Assembly (NCBI GenBank): GCA_050260015.1
Contig: JBLNBN010000039.1
Coordinates: forward strand, 93,944 to 157,943
Source: Chloroflexota bacterium
Lineage (GTDB): Bacteria > Bacteroidota > Ignavibacteria > Kapaibacteriales > UBA2268
Direction: 5' to 3'
DNA length: 64,000 bases
The notes under the pieces were generated by a model. That model worked only from the letters and a program-made list of their open reading frames with translations, did no database searches and had not been told where the DNA came from. Position numbers and translations under genes: made by a program. Below, piece after piece: positions 48,619 to 58,165 of the stretch; position 1 is the first letter of the stretch; every line of letters begins with the position of its first letter.

Positions 48619-49497
48619 ATGAAAAATATAGCTTTTAAATTGACTTTAGCGATTGTCGCGTTAGTAGTAATTGGATCCCTGCAGGGCTGCGGCGACGATG
48701 CGCCGAACGATTATCAACCGAAGGTTTACGTCGAGGGCTACTTGATTGTCGATCAGCCTCTCGAGGGGATCAAGGTAACTTATACGCAATCTATACGCGA
48801 TTCGTTCGAGCTCGAGCGCGCAATGATCAAGGACGCCCAGGTAATATTGAAAATAAACGGCGAGCCGCATACGCTTGCTTATCAATCCGGGGAAAAGCCC
48901 GGTTTCGCTCTCGCGGGCGCCGTAGTACTGCCCGAAACGACCTATGAGCTGGAAATCCGCACGAAAGCCGGCGAAGTCGTAACCGGCAAAACGCTCACGC
49001 CCGAGAGAATTCAGTGGACGGTCGAGCCGAAGGCTAATATCCATTACCCGCAGGACACGATGAAGCTTGGGCCCGTGGATTCTCTCGAGATAGGCTGGAC
49101 GCGCGCAAAAGGCATTGATTTTTACCTAATAAGCGTTGAGTGCCTCGATACGTTGAATTATGGTAAATACCTGCCCGCCCCGACAAACGAGATGAACCGC
49201 CGCTGCTACAACTTCAATATTAACGGCGAGGAGGAAATGTACCGCTACAAAACGACATGGGGCTTCATCTCCAACTCGAAGAGCCCGACCGTTTGGACGG
49301 CCTTCAAGTGGTTCGGCCCCCAACGCGTAACGGTCTATGCCGCCGATTACAACATGTGCCAGTGGTTCGTTAATATGTACTTCACCGGGTCGACGGCCAC
49401 CCACGAAAAGACAAATTCCGTTACCGGCGGAGTGGGAGTTTTCGGCTCTGCCGCTTTAGCGACAAAAGACGTATTTTTATATAAAAACCAGCCTTAG
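48619..49497 (+). CDS. DUF4249-like lipoprotein, partner of the TonB-dependent receptor
   Basis: Lipobox 'GSLQGCGDD'. Placed immediately after the receptor, as is typical for Bacteroidetes DUF4249 proteins. Confidence 0.45.
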   Translation: MKNIAFKLTLAIVALVVIGSLQGCGDDAPNDYQPKVYVEGYLIVDQPLEGIKVTYTQSIRDSFELERAMIKDAQVILKINGEPHTLAYQSGEKPGFALAGAVVLPETTYELEIRTKAGEVVTGKTLTPERIQWTVEPKANIHYPQDTMKLGPVDSLEIGWTRAKGIDFYLISVECLDTLNYGKYLPAPTNEMNRRCYNFNINGEEEMYRYKTTWGFISNSKSPTVWTAFKWFGPQRVTVYAADYNMCQWFVNMYFTGSTATHEKTNSVTGGVGVFGSAALATKDVFLYKNQP

Positions 49498-49580
49498 TTC
49501 GCCTTGCGGCAAGCTTTTTGCAATTAATTTACGCATAATAAAATTACGAAACGTTTAAACACAACCCGCGCGGTAAAAAC

Positions 49581-51737
49581 ATGACAACCGAAGAGAGATG
49601 GAAATTTATATTTGAGAATATCCAGGACGTAATCTGGACGATGGACATTCGTACGAGAAAATTCACGTACGTAAGCCCCTCGGTCGAAAAGCTCGTCGGA
49701 TTTACTCCCGAGGAAATGCTCAATATAAGAATAGCCGATTTCGTTACGCCCGACTCCAGGAAAAAGATCGAGGGAATGCTGGAACGCATATTGGAAGGAT
49801 ATTATTCCGGAATTCGTGAAAATCTATATATCGGGGAGATCGAGGAGTACACTAAAAGCGGTTCTACGGTATGGCTCGAAGTCACTATCTCCCTGATCAC
49901 AGACGAAAAGGGCGAATTGACCGAACTCTTCGGCGTTTCGAGGAACATCACCGAACGGAAGAAACGCGCCAAGGAATTGGAGGAGAGCGAACGCCGTTAT
50001 CGCGAACTGGCCGACTTCCTACCGCAGATTATTTATGAATTGGACCTTGAAGGGAATGTGACGTTCGTAAATAAAAGCGGCCTGGCTATGTTCGGTATTA
50101 TGGATGATGAGGTCGCGGAAGGAAGGGTAAACGCTTATAACTTCTTTATACCGGAAGACGTCGAAAGAATGCGTCAAAATCGTGTCTCTATAATGGGCTC
50201 GAATACGGAAACCAGGCTGGAATTCACCGCTAAACGAATAAACGGCGAGACCTTTCCGGTTTCGATATACGGCGCGCCAAAAATTAATGAGAAAGGCGAG
50301 ACGATCGGCACGCGCGGGATCATAGTCGACATTAGCGATTTAAAATCTACGCAGCAAGCGCTCGCCCGAAGCGAGGAACGCTACAGGAAGATGATCGCGA
50401 GCCTGCAGGAGGGGCTTTACGTAATTCGCGACGGGAAATTCGCATTCCTCAACGACGCTATCGTCCAGATAGTAGGCTACCAGGTAGAAGAGCTCGTCGG
50501 GAAATCTTTCCTAGACGTTATCGCGCCTGAATCTCGCGAATTGGTCGCGGGGAATTACGCCAAGAGAATGCGAGGCGAGGATAGCCCTCACGAGTATGAA
50601 GCCATGTTGCTGCATAAGGACGGCGCTCGCGTGCCCGCAATTATTTCCGTAAGCGACGGCGAATACGACGGCGCAGCAGCCGTGATCGGCACGGCGCGCG
50701 ACATAAGCGAGCGTAAGCGCGCCGAGCAGGAGATAATCGATCGCGAACGGCGACTTAACGCAATTCTCGACGCGGCCCTCGTCGGGATAGCGCTTTTCGA
50801 GATCAATGGCGCTCTCGTCGACTGCAATACTAAGTGGCATGAACTATTTGGTTATTCGCGAGAGGAAATGGAAAGAATTACCTACAGGGAATTTACCTAT
50901 CCCGGCGACCTGGAGGAGACCCAGCTCTTTTTAGAAAGGTTGACAAACGGGGAAATCCGTTCCTATCGGCTTGAAAAGCGTTACCTTCGCCGCGACGGGA
51001 AAGTCTTTTGGGGCGAGCTTTCGGTTCGCTCGATAACTAACGGTAAAGGGCAGCCCATCGCGCTCGTCGCTTCGCTGTTCGATTTGACCGAGCGCAAGCA
51101 AATAGAAGAAGAGCTCCGAAAGGCCCAGGAAAAATTAAAGTTCGAGCTCGAAAAGGAAACGATCCGCTCGCAGTTCGAGACGCTGAAGAACCAGGTGAAC
51201 CCGCACTTTTTATTTAACAGTCTCAACGTGCTCACGTCGCTTATTAAGCTCGACCCCGACACCGCGGAAATGTTCACCGAGCAGCTCTCCAAGGTCTACC
51301 GCTACGTGCTGGAGAACAAGGATAAGGACCTTGTAACGCTAGCTACGGAACTCGAGTTTATGAAATCCTATAAATTCCTTTTGGAAATAAGGTTTAAGGA
51401 TAAGGTTACAACTGAGATAGACATAGACGAGAATAAACTCTCGATGCAAACGCCGACGCTTGCGCTTCAACTGCTAATCGAGAACGCGATAAAGCACAAC
51501 TCGTTCTCCAAGCGGCAGCCGTTGCATATTAAGATCTTCGTCGACGAGTTCAATTATCTCAACGTGACGAATAACCTGCAATTCCGCGAAGGAGCGAGCG
51601 TAAGCTCCACCGGCGTAGGACTGAAGAATATAGCCAACAGGTATAGATTTTTAACGAATAAAAAGCCGTTTTTCGGCCCGATAGATACAAAATTCGTCGC
51701 GAAGATACCCTTGCTGGATCGCGACGAGCAAATGTAA
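49581..51737 (+). CDS. Soluble multi-PAS sensor histidine kinase of the LytS/YehU type (His_kinase PF06580)
   Basis: Four PAS segments. LytS H-box 'QVNPHFLFNSLNVLTSLI'. HATPase 'GVGLKNIANRY'. No TM segments. Confidence 0.85.
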   Translation: MTTEERWKFIFENIQDVIWTMDIRTRKFTYVSPSVEKLVGFTPEEMLNIRIADFVTPDSRKKIEGMLERILEGYYSGIRENLYIGEIEEYTKSGSTVWLEVTISLITDEKGELTELFGVSRNITERKKRAKELEESERRYRELADFLPQIIYELDLEGNVTFVNKSGLAMFGIMDDEVAEGRVNAYNFFIPEDVERMRQNRVSIMGSNTETRLEFTAKRINGETFPVSIYGAPKINEKGETIGTRGIIVDISDLKSTQQALARSEERYRKMIASLQEGLYVIRDGKFAFLNDAIVQIVGYQVEELVGKSFLDVIAPESRELVAGNYAKRMRGEDSPHEYEAMLLHKDGARVPAIISVSDGEYDGAAAVIGTARDISERKRAEQEIIDRERRLNAILDAALVGIALFEINGALVDCNTKWHELFGYSREEMERITYREFTYPGDLEETQLFLERLTNGEIRSYRLEKRYLRRDGKVFWGELSVRSITNGKGQPIALVASLFDLTERKQIEEELRKAQEKLKFELEKETIRSQFETLKNQVNPHFLFNSLNVLTSLIKLDPDTAEMFTEQLSKVYRYVLENKDKDLVTLATELEFMKSYKFLLEIRFKDKVTTEIDIDENKLSMQTPTLALQLLIENAIKHNSFSKRQPLHIKIFVDEFNYLNVTNNLQFREGASVSSTGVGLKNIANRYRFLTNKKPFFGPIDTKFVAKIPLLDRDEQM

Positions 51738-51808
51738 AGACAAATGTCAAAAAATAATTAACAATTAACGATAAACAATTATTGATTCTCCGCATAATGG
51801 AGCGCGCC

Positions 51809-52582
51809 ATGAAAGTAGTAATAATTGAGGACGAAGAGCTCGCCGCCGGCAGGCTTGAGCGAATGATTAAGAAATATGATTCCGCGATGGAAATAGTCGC
51901 CAAGATGGAATCGGTCGAGGAGAGCGTCGAATGGTTTAAATCGAACCCATCTCCCGATTTGATCTTCCTGGATATTCATTTGGAGGACGGGCTGTCGTTC
52001 TCCATATTCGAGCAGACGGAGGTTCGCTCGCCGATAATATTTACTACGGCCTTCGACGAGTACGCTATTAAGGCGTTCAAGCTTAAGAGCATCGATTACC
52101 TGCTAAAGCCCATAGTGCAGGAGGAATTGAACAACGCTATAACGAAGTACCGCGACCTGACGGGAGGGCCGCAGAGCGTTACGCTCGACGTCAACTCAAT
52201 TTACGAAATACTTAATAATTCCCGGTCCAACTCGGCGCCTACCTATAAATCCCGTTTCGCCGTTCAAATTGGAACGAAGCTGAAAACCATTCCCACCGAG
52301 GACGTGGCCTACTTCTACTCCGAGGACGGCGCGACGTACCTCGTTTGCCTGGACAAGCATACATATATCATCGACGACAGCCTGGATAAGCTAGCCGCCG
52401 AATTGAATCCCGACGACTTCTTCCGCGTGAACCGCCAGCATCTCGTTTCGCTTACTGCGATCGCTAACGTGCACGTATTTCCCAAGAGCCGTTTAAAGCT
52501 CGACCTCACGCCGCCGCTTGCGAAGGAGTGCTACGTCAGTTTAGACAAAGTGACGAAGTTCAAAGCGTGGCTGGATAAGTAG
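51809..52582 (+). CDS. LytTR-family response regulator
   Basis: REC domain 'MKVVIIEDEELAA...LIFLDIHLEDG'. C-terminal LytTR DNA-binding domain. ATG at 51809 (listed ORF from TTG 51782). Confidence 0.85.
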   Translation: MKVVIIEDEELAAGRLERMIKKYDSAMEIVAKMESVEESVEWFKSNPSPDLIFLDIHLEDGLSFSIFEQTEVRSPIIFTTAFDEYAIKAFKLKSIDYLLKPIVQEELNNAITKYRDLTGGPQSVTLDVNSIYEILNNSRSNSAPTYKSRFAVQIGTKLKTIPTEDVAYFYSEDGATYLVCLDKHTYIIDDSLDKLAAELNPDDFFRVNRQHLVSLTAIANVHVFPKSRLKLDLTPPLAKECYVSLDKVTKFKAWLDK

Positions 52583-52587
52583 GGGCT

Positions 52588-55500
52588 CTACATCCCCCTC
52601 CTATATTTGCCCCCTATCTCATAAAGCGTCGCGGTGATCTCGCCCATAGTCGCGCTTTCGACCGTCGAGAGTAATTCCTCGAAGACGTTGCCGCCCGCGA
52701 GCGCAACCTTTCGAAGCCTCTCTAACGCTTCCGCGGAGCGCTCCGCGTGGCGTCGTTTGTACTCGGCGAGCGTCGCCAGCCGCGCGTTCTTTTCTTCGGC
52801 GGAGGCGCGCGTTATCTCCATCTTATCGTAGTTGTTTTGGCCGTTGGCGGCGACAAATTTATTTACGCCTATTATGGGGTAGTCGCCGCTCTGCTTGAGC
52901 GATTCGTAGTAAAGGGACTGCTCTTGAATCTTCGAGCGCTGGTACTGCCTCTCCATAGCGGCCATAACGCCGCCGCGTCGCGAAATCGCGTTAAATTCCT
53001 CCAATACCGCCTCCTCGACCAAATCCGTAAGAGCCTCGACGTAGAACGATCCCTGGTTCGGATTCTCGTTCTTCAGCGTCCCGAATTCATGCATTAAAAT
53101 CATCTGAATAGCCATAGAACGCCGTACCGATTCCTCCGTAGGGGTCGTGACCGCCTCGTCGTAGGAATTGGTATGAAGCGAATTGCAGTTGTCCGCCAGC
53201 GCTATAAGCCCCTGCAGCGTCGTTCGTATATCGTTGAACTCTATCTCCTGCGCGTGGAGCGAACGGCCTGACGTTTGAATGTGATACTTCAGCTTTTGGC
53301 TTTTCTCGGAGGCGCCGTAGCGGTCGCGCATGGCCACCGCCCAGATCCTGCGCGCCACGCGCCCTATTACGGAGTACTCCGGGTCCATCCCGTTCGAGAA
53401 GAAGAAGGAGAGATTCGGAGCGAAGTCGTCAATTTTCATTCCACGCTGGAGGAAGTACTCGACGTAAGTAAATCCGTTCGCGAGAGTGAAAGCCAGCTGG
53501 GTTATGGGATTTGCCCCCGCTTCGGCGATATGGTACCCGCTGATCGAAAGCGAATAGTAATTCTTAATTTGATTTACCGAAAGGAACTCCTGAAGGTCCC
53601 CGATGAGCTTCATCGCGAAGTCTATCGAGAAGATGCAGGTGTTCTGCCCCTGGTCCTCCTTTAGCATGTCCGCCTGCACGGTGCCGCGGATATTGCGGAA
53701 AATTTCCAGCTTTAGCTTGTCCTTTTCTTCCTGGCTTATGGGCGCGCCGTTCTCGCGCTTAGCCAATTCTCTGTTATACGCCGTAATAAAGAAGAACGCC
53801 ACCATAATCGGCGCAGGCGCGTTTATCGTCATTGAAACGGACGTATACGGATCCATCAAATCAAATCCTTTAAGCAGCTCTTCCATATCGTCCAGCGTGC
53901 AGACGGAGACGCCGCTCTCGCCGATCTTGCCGTAGATATCGGGGCGTTCGGCGGGGTCCTCGCCGTACAGCGTTATGCCGTCGAAAGCGACGGAAAGCCG
54001 CTTCGCGCGGTCCTCCCGCGAAAGGAAATGGAATCTCTTATTAGTTCGCTCCGGCGAGCCCTCGCCTGCGAACTGCCTGCGCGGCTCCTCCGTAGTGCGC
54101 TTGAATGGGAACACGCCGGCAGTATATGGAAATTCGCCGGGCAAATTCTCCAGGAATAGGAATTTTACCAATTCTGCCCATGAGCTAAACGGCGGCAAGG
54201 CGACTTTTGGAATAGACGTGCCGCAGAGCGTTTCCGAATAGCCCGGCATCGTTAGCTCTCGCCCCTGGATGCTGTAAGCGATTTTGTCGGCTGTATAGTT
54301 CTCTTTTTTATCCTTCCAGGATTCCAGCGCGGCGCGCGTTTCCGGGGCGAGCGCGGAGAAGCCCTTCCCGAAAGCGTCGGCGAGATGCTCCTTTGCGGGG
54401 GTGTCCTGGAGCGCTTCCATTGAAATTGCGAGCGCCTGGGCGAGTTCGGCTTTTCTCGATTCCTCCGCGGCTTTCTTTTTGTAATTCCTTACCGTATCCG
54501 CAATTTCGCCGAGATAATTCAATCGCGCTCCGTCTATGAGCCCGAATTTTCCCCCGAGCTCCGTCGGCATTAATTCGATCATGTCGCGCTTGGCGCCGTA
54601 GTCGCCCCCGCGCTCCTCTTCTAGCCTTTGCAGCATATCCCTGAATAGCTTATTGACGCCGGGATTATTGAATTGCGCGCTCGACGCCGCGTAAACTGGC
54701 AACGGCAGGCTTTCGAGCGGTTCGCCCTGCTTGGGTTTTATTCCGCGCGAGCGAATGTGATGGATTATGACTTCGCGCAGCGCGTCCTCCGAGCCGATCT
54801 TCTCAAACTTATTTATAACGGTAAAATCGGCGCGGTCGAGCATGTCTATCTTTTCAAGCTGGGAAGGTGCGCCGAATTCGCTCGTCATTACGTAAACGGA
54901 GCAATCCGCTATGTCGGCCACGCGGCTGTCGCCCTGGCCGATGCCGCTCGTCTCGACGAATATAATATCGAACCCGGCGGATTTCAGTACGTTGATCGAA
55001 TCCCGCACGGCGCGGCTAAGCTCGCTGCCGCTCTCGCGCGTGGCGAAGCTGCGGAAGAATACGCGCGGCGAGAATATATGATTGTACCTAATCCTATCGC
55101 CCAGCAGCGCGCCGCCGGTTTTGCTCTTCGTGGGGTCCACGGCCAGAACGGCTATTGAGACGTTTTCAGTCGTCGAGAGGAAGCGCCCGATAAGTTCGTC
55201 GATCAGGGAGCTCTTCCCGCCGCCGCCCGTGCCGGTGACGCCGACTACGAACGATTTCTGCATATCGTTGCGCAGGTAGAGCTCGCGGTAGGCGGCGATG
55301 CGCTCCTCGTCCTCGCCATGCTTTTCTATAACGGAGATCTGTCTTGCGAGCGAGTAATGGTCCTGCGCGGAATTATTGCGAATGATTTCGCCGGTAATAT
55401 CGTACTGCGACTCCGCTTCGCGGACTTTCTTGCGGGTTGCGATCCGGTTTATAATGTCGTCGGCGATACCGTCGATGCCGAGCGTCATGCCGTCGGAGGC

Positions 55501-55842
55501 GTGGTAGATGCGCTCCACCCCGGCTTTTTCGAGCTCCTCTATTTCGGCCGGCAGGATAACTCCGCCGCCGCCGCCAAAGACTAGCTTATCGCCGGCGCCG
55601 GCCTCGCGCAGCGAATCGACGGCGTACCGGAAGTACTCGTTGTGGCCTCCCTGGTAGGAGCTAATCAGCGCGGCGTCGGCGTCCTCGCTGAGCGCCGCCG
55701 AGACGACCTCGCCGACGGAGCGGTTGTGGCCAAGGTGAATAACTTCGGCGCCGCGCTTCTGCAGCAATCGCCTGAAAATATTGATCGAAACGTCGTGCCC
55801 GTCGAATAGGGCCGCCGCCGTAACCAGCCTGATGCGCTCCAT
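52588..55842 (-). CDS. icmF: Fused isobutyryl-CoA mutase (B12-binding + MeaB-like GTPase + mutase catalytic domain)
   Basis: N-terminal 'DGHDVS' B12 motif. P-loop 'GVTGTGGGGKSSL'. Large C-terminal mutase barrel. 1084 aa. Confidence 0.9.
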   Translation of the reverse strand: MERIRLVTAAALFDGHDVSINIFRRLLQKRGAEVIHLGHNRSVGEVVSAALSEDADAALISSYQGGHNEYFRYAVDSLREAGAGDKLVFGGGGGVILPAEIEELEKAGVERIYHASDGMTLGIDGIADDIINRIATRKKVREAESQYDITGEIIRNNSAQDHYSLARQISVIEKHGEDEERIAAYRELYLRNDMQKSFVVGVTGTGGGGKSSLIDELIGRFLSTTENVSIAVLAVDPTKSKTGGALLGDRIRYNHIFSPRVFFRSFATRESGSELSRAVRDSINVLKSAGFDIIFVETSGIGQGDSRVADIADCSVYVMTSEFGAPSQLEKIDMLDRADFTVINKFEKIGSEDALREVIIHHIRSRGIKPKQGEPLESLPLPVYAASSAQFNNPGVNKLFRDMLQRLEEERGGDYGAKRDMIELMPTELGGKFGLIDGARLNYLGEIADTVRNYKKKAAEESRKAELAQALAISMEALQDTPAKEHLADAFGKGFSALAPETRAALESWKDKKENYTADKIAYSIQGRELTMPGYSETLCGTSIPKVALPPFSSWAELVKFLFLENLPGEFPYTAGVFPFKRTTEEPRRQFAGEGSPERTNKRFHFLSREDRAKRLSVAFDGITLYGEDPAERPDIYGKIGESGVSVCTLDDMEELLKGFDLMDPYTSVSMTINAPAPIMVAFFFITAYNRELAKRENGAPISQEEKDKLKLEIFRNIRGTVQADMLKEDQGQNTCIFSIDFAMKLIGDLQEFLSVNQIKNYYSLSISGYHIAEAGANPITQLAFTLANGFTYVEYFLQRGMKIDDFAPNLSFFFSNGMDPEYSVIGRVARRIWAVAMRDRYGASEKSQKLKYHIQTSGRSLHAQEIEFNDIRTTLQGLIALADNCNSLHTNSYDEAVTTPTEESVRRSMAIQMILMHEFGTLKNENPNQGSFYVEALTDLVEEAVLEEFNAISRRGGVMAAMERQYQRSKIQEQSLYYESLKQSGDYPIIGVNKFVAANGQNNYDKMEITRASAEEKNARLATLAEYKRRHAERSAEALERLRKVALAGGNVFEELLSTVESATMGEITATLYEIGGKYRRGM

Positions 55843-55924
55843 TTCCGCTCCAATTTTAGTCTTTGTTAAATAATAGATTAGAGCGAAGAAAGTTAATTTT
55901 TATTTGGTGTAAATTTATTTTCTA

Positions 55925-56335
55925 ATGCGACGCACAAGCGCGGCCCGGTCATTCCCGACCTGGTCGGGAATCTAAAGTATCTATAGATTCCGGGCGCTTC
56001 GACAAGCTCAGCGACCGGCTTCCGGGTCATTCCCGACTCGATCGGGAATCCAGTTGTCCGAACCTGGATTAAGCTGATTTTTATGATTTAACTGATTAGC
56101 GGGAAAAAATCATAAGAATAAACGCATTAAACGCATGAAATGGATGAGTTTGTCATTCCGATGAACGAAGTGAAGAGGAATCTAAAGGAATTGTGTGAAA
56201 AAATTCCGCTGGCGCTAATGCATTTAAATTTGTATCTCTCCGCCCTTAACGAATCCGCAGGATTCGTATGTCTATAGGAACCCTTGTCCATCTTTATTCT
56301 CCTCACGCGGCGAAGCCGCGGGAGCCCCTGCGAAA
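55925..56335. repeat. Cluster of hairpin repeat modules in the long intergenic region upstream of 56472
   Basis: Two 'GTCATTCCCGAC-N6-GTCGGGAATC' hairpins. 'CCGGGCGCTTCGACAAGCTCAGCGACCGGCTTCCGG' matches 44234-44269. Modules 1-2 at 56151-56335 match 43957-44120. Confidence 0.55.
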
Positions 56336-56471
56336 ATATTATTTGCGATTATTCACATATTTACTTAAGTTTGCTCATATAACATTTAGATAACCCCGGC
56401 TTTATTTATATTTGGGATTAATAGTTAATAAGAATGTTAAATTTTATCCAAATAAAAATTAAGAGTTCTGT

Positions 56472-57686
56472 ATGAAACAATTATTCTTATCTACCCTCGC
56501 GCTTGTTTTCATCCTATTTCTTCCAGCCTGCAACGATAACTCCAGCGATCCGGCAGATAATTCTTCAATCCTTTCCATTTCGAAGCTTGAAATTGTTGAT
56601 GATAACAACGACAATGGCATTGCAAATCTCGGCGAGGAAATCGCTTTCTCAGTTTATATTAAGAACGATGGCGGCGCGGACGCAAAAAGCGTCTATATTT
56701 CCCGCATAAAAAGCTTAACGGACTATATTACAGTCGATAAGAACTACACTACCTTCCCGGGAAGAGTTAAAACAATACCAGCCCATAAGGAAATTTCAAT
56801 GGGATTGGATGCGACCTTTATTGCGAGGATCGATAAATCAATCAAAGGGGACTCGACATATAAATTTTGGATACAGGCCAAAGATGACCTGGGAAATATT
56901 ATTAACGATACCTTGTCGCTTCGGGTTATTAAATCTGATGTGAGTATTATTATCGCAGGAGTAGATATTGAATATGACTCCAATGAAAATGGAATAGCGA
57001 ATCGCGGGGAGCAGCTTAAACTCAATCTCCGCATTAAGAACGTCGGGACGGCCAGGGCCAACTCTCTCAAAGTAATTAAAATGAATAGCTTGTCGGACTT
57101 TATCACTATTAAAGATACCTATTCTTTTCAAAATGTAACTCTCGGCGACATTTTTCCTGGCCAGGAAAAAGTTTGTCCCTTAAAAAATACATATTCCGAT
57201 TGGATTAAGTTTGAGATAAACGAGCTTACTCCCGTTAATGCTGCCTATAAAATTTGGATACAGATGGAAGACGCGGAGGGCGGCGTGTGGAACGATACGC
57301 TAACTTTGCAAGTAGTAAATACCGCGGCTAAAATAATTGTATCGAAAATTTATCTCAAAAACGATCAAAATAACGACGGGAAAGCAAACCCAGGCGAATA
57401 TATTAACATTTTATACGATATAAAAAATAACGGAACGGAACGCGCATGGGGAGTTTTCTTGAAGAATATAAAGTGCAAGTCGAACTATTTAAAGGATTTC
57501 ACATACGGTTACGCTCAATTTGGAGAAATTTTGTCGGGGGTAGAGAAGCATACGGAGTATTCGTCCGCTATTAGCGGGACGCTGGTAACTACCGCTCCCG
57601 TTGGCGCTAAGATTCCATTCGAGTTTACCTTTACCGACGCTAATGGCAACGAATGGACGGATACGGCTGAAATAACGGTGGAATAG
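56472..57686 (+). CDS. Secreted lipoprotein with three tandem CARDB-like repeats
   Basis: Lipobox 'LFLPACNDN'. Repeats each begin 'D(D/S/Q)N(N/E)(D/N)G(I/K)ANxGE'. Low GC (~40%). Confidence 0.55.
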   Translation: MKQLFLSTLALVFILFLPACNDNSSDPADNSSILSISKLEIVDDNNDNGIANLGEEIAFSVYIKNDGGADAKSVYISRIKSLTDYITVDKNYTTFPGRVKTIPAHKEISMGLDATFIARIDKSIKGDSTYKFWIQAKDDLGNIINDTLSLRVIKSDVSIIIAGVDIEYDSNENGIANRGEQLKLNLRIKNVGTARANSLKVIKMNSLSDFITIKDTYSFQNVTLGDIFPGQEKVCPLKNTYSDWIKFEINELTPVNAAYKIWIQMEDAEGGVWNDTLTLQVVNTAAKIIVSKIYLKNDQNNDGKANPGEYINILYDIKNNGTERAWGVFLKNIKCKSNYLKDFTYGYAQFGEILSGVEKHTEYSSAISGTLVTTAPVGAKIPFEFTFTDANGNEWTDTAEITVE

Positions 57687-57756
57687 GGAGCTTTTGGATA
57701 AAGACTTCAGATGGTTTTTATCCTTCTTCTGCGCCATAGATTGAATTAAAAGATGT

Positions 57757-57789
57757 GGGCGGATGCTGAACTTATAGAAGCATCCGCCC
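57757..57789 (+). terminator. Strong hairpin downstream of the CARDB-like gene (10-bp stem, no U-tract)
   Basis: GGGCGGATGC (57757-57766) / GCATCCGCCC (57780-57789). Confidence 0.35.
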
Positions 57790-57850
57790 ATTGACTTTAA
57801 ATAACGCCCGGCGGCCGAACCTTCCGCTAAGCGCCCCCCCTCCTACCCTC

Positions 57851-57984
57851 GGCGAAGCCGCGGGCACGAAAAAAATTCGCGCAGCAAACCCGCGCTGGAG
57901 GCCGCTTTCCCGTAATTTCAGCAAAAAACCGATGGAATATTATTTTTTTGGTGTTACAAAACCGCATCTCGATTGTTTATATAG
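57851..57984 (+). repeat. Conserved ~130 bp element upstream of a T9SS cargo gene (second copy of module 3)
   Basis: GGCGAAGCCGCGGGCACGAAAAAAATTCGCGCAGCAAACCCGCGCTGGAGGCCGCTTTCCCGTAATTTCAGCAAAAAAC ... TGTTACAAAACCGCATCTCGATTGTTTATATAG, about 90% identical to 44351-44483. Confidence 0.65.
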
Positions 57985-58165
57985 GAGAGCGGTGATGCGA
58001 TTTCGGAAAAAGTTCCGGGAAATGACCGGCAGGAGCATTTGCCGAGCGTAAGCGCCGCGCTCCGGCGCGGACAGCGTAACGATGAAAAATTATTTTGTTT
58101 AAATTTCGCATTTTTTTTCGTTTAGATATTAATACCGGGTCAATTACTTTCCAAAAGGTCGCGTT

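Noticed and set aside
55941-56039. ATTCCC-N9-GGGAAT hairpins resembling Neisseria dRS3 repeats
   Set aside because: Resemblance is limited to a short inverted-repeat core. The genomic context (T9SS, Bacteroidetes-like genes) is incompatible with Neisseria, so this is treated as convergent hairpin design.
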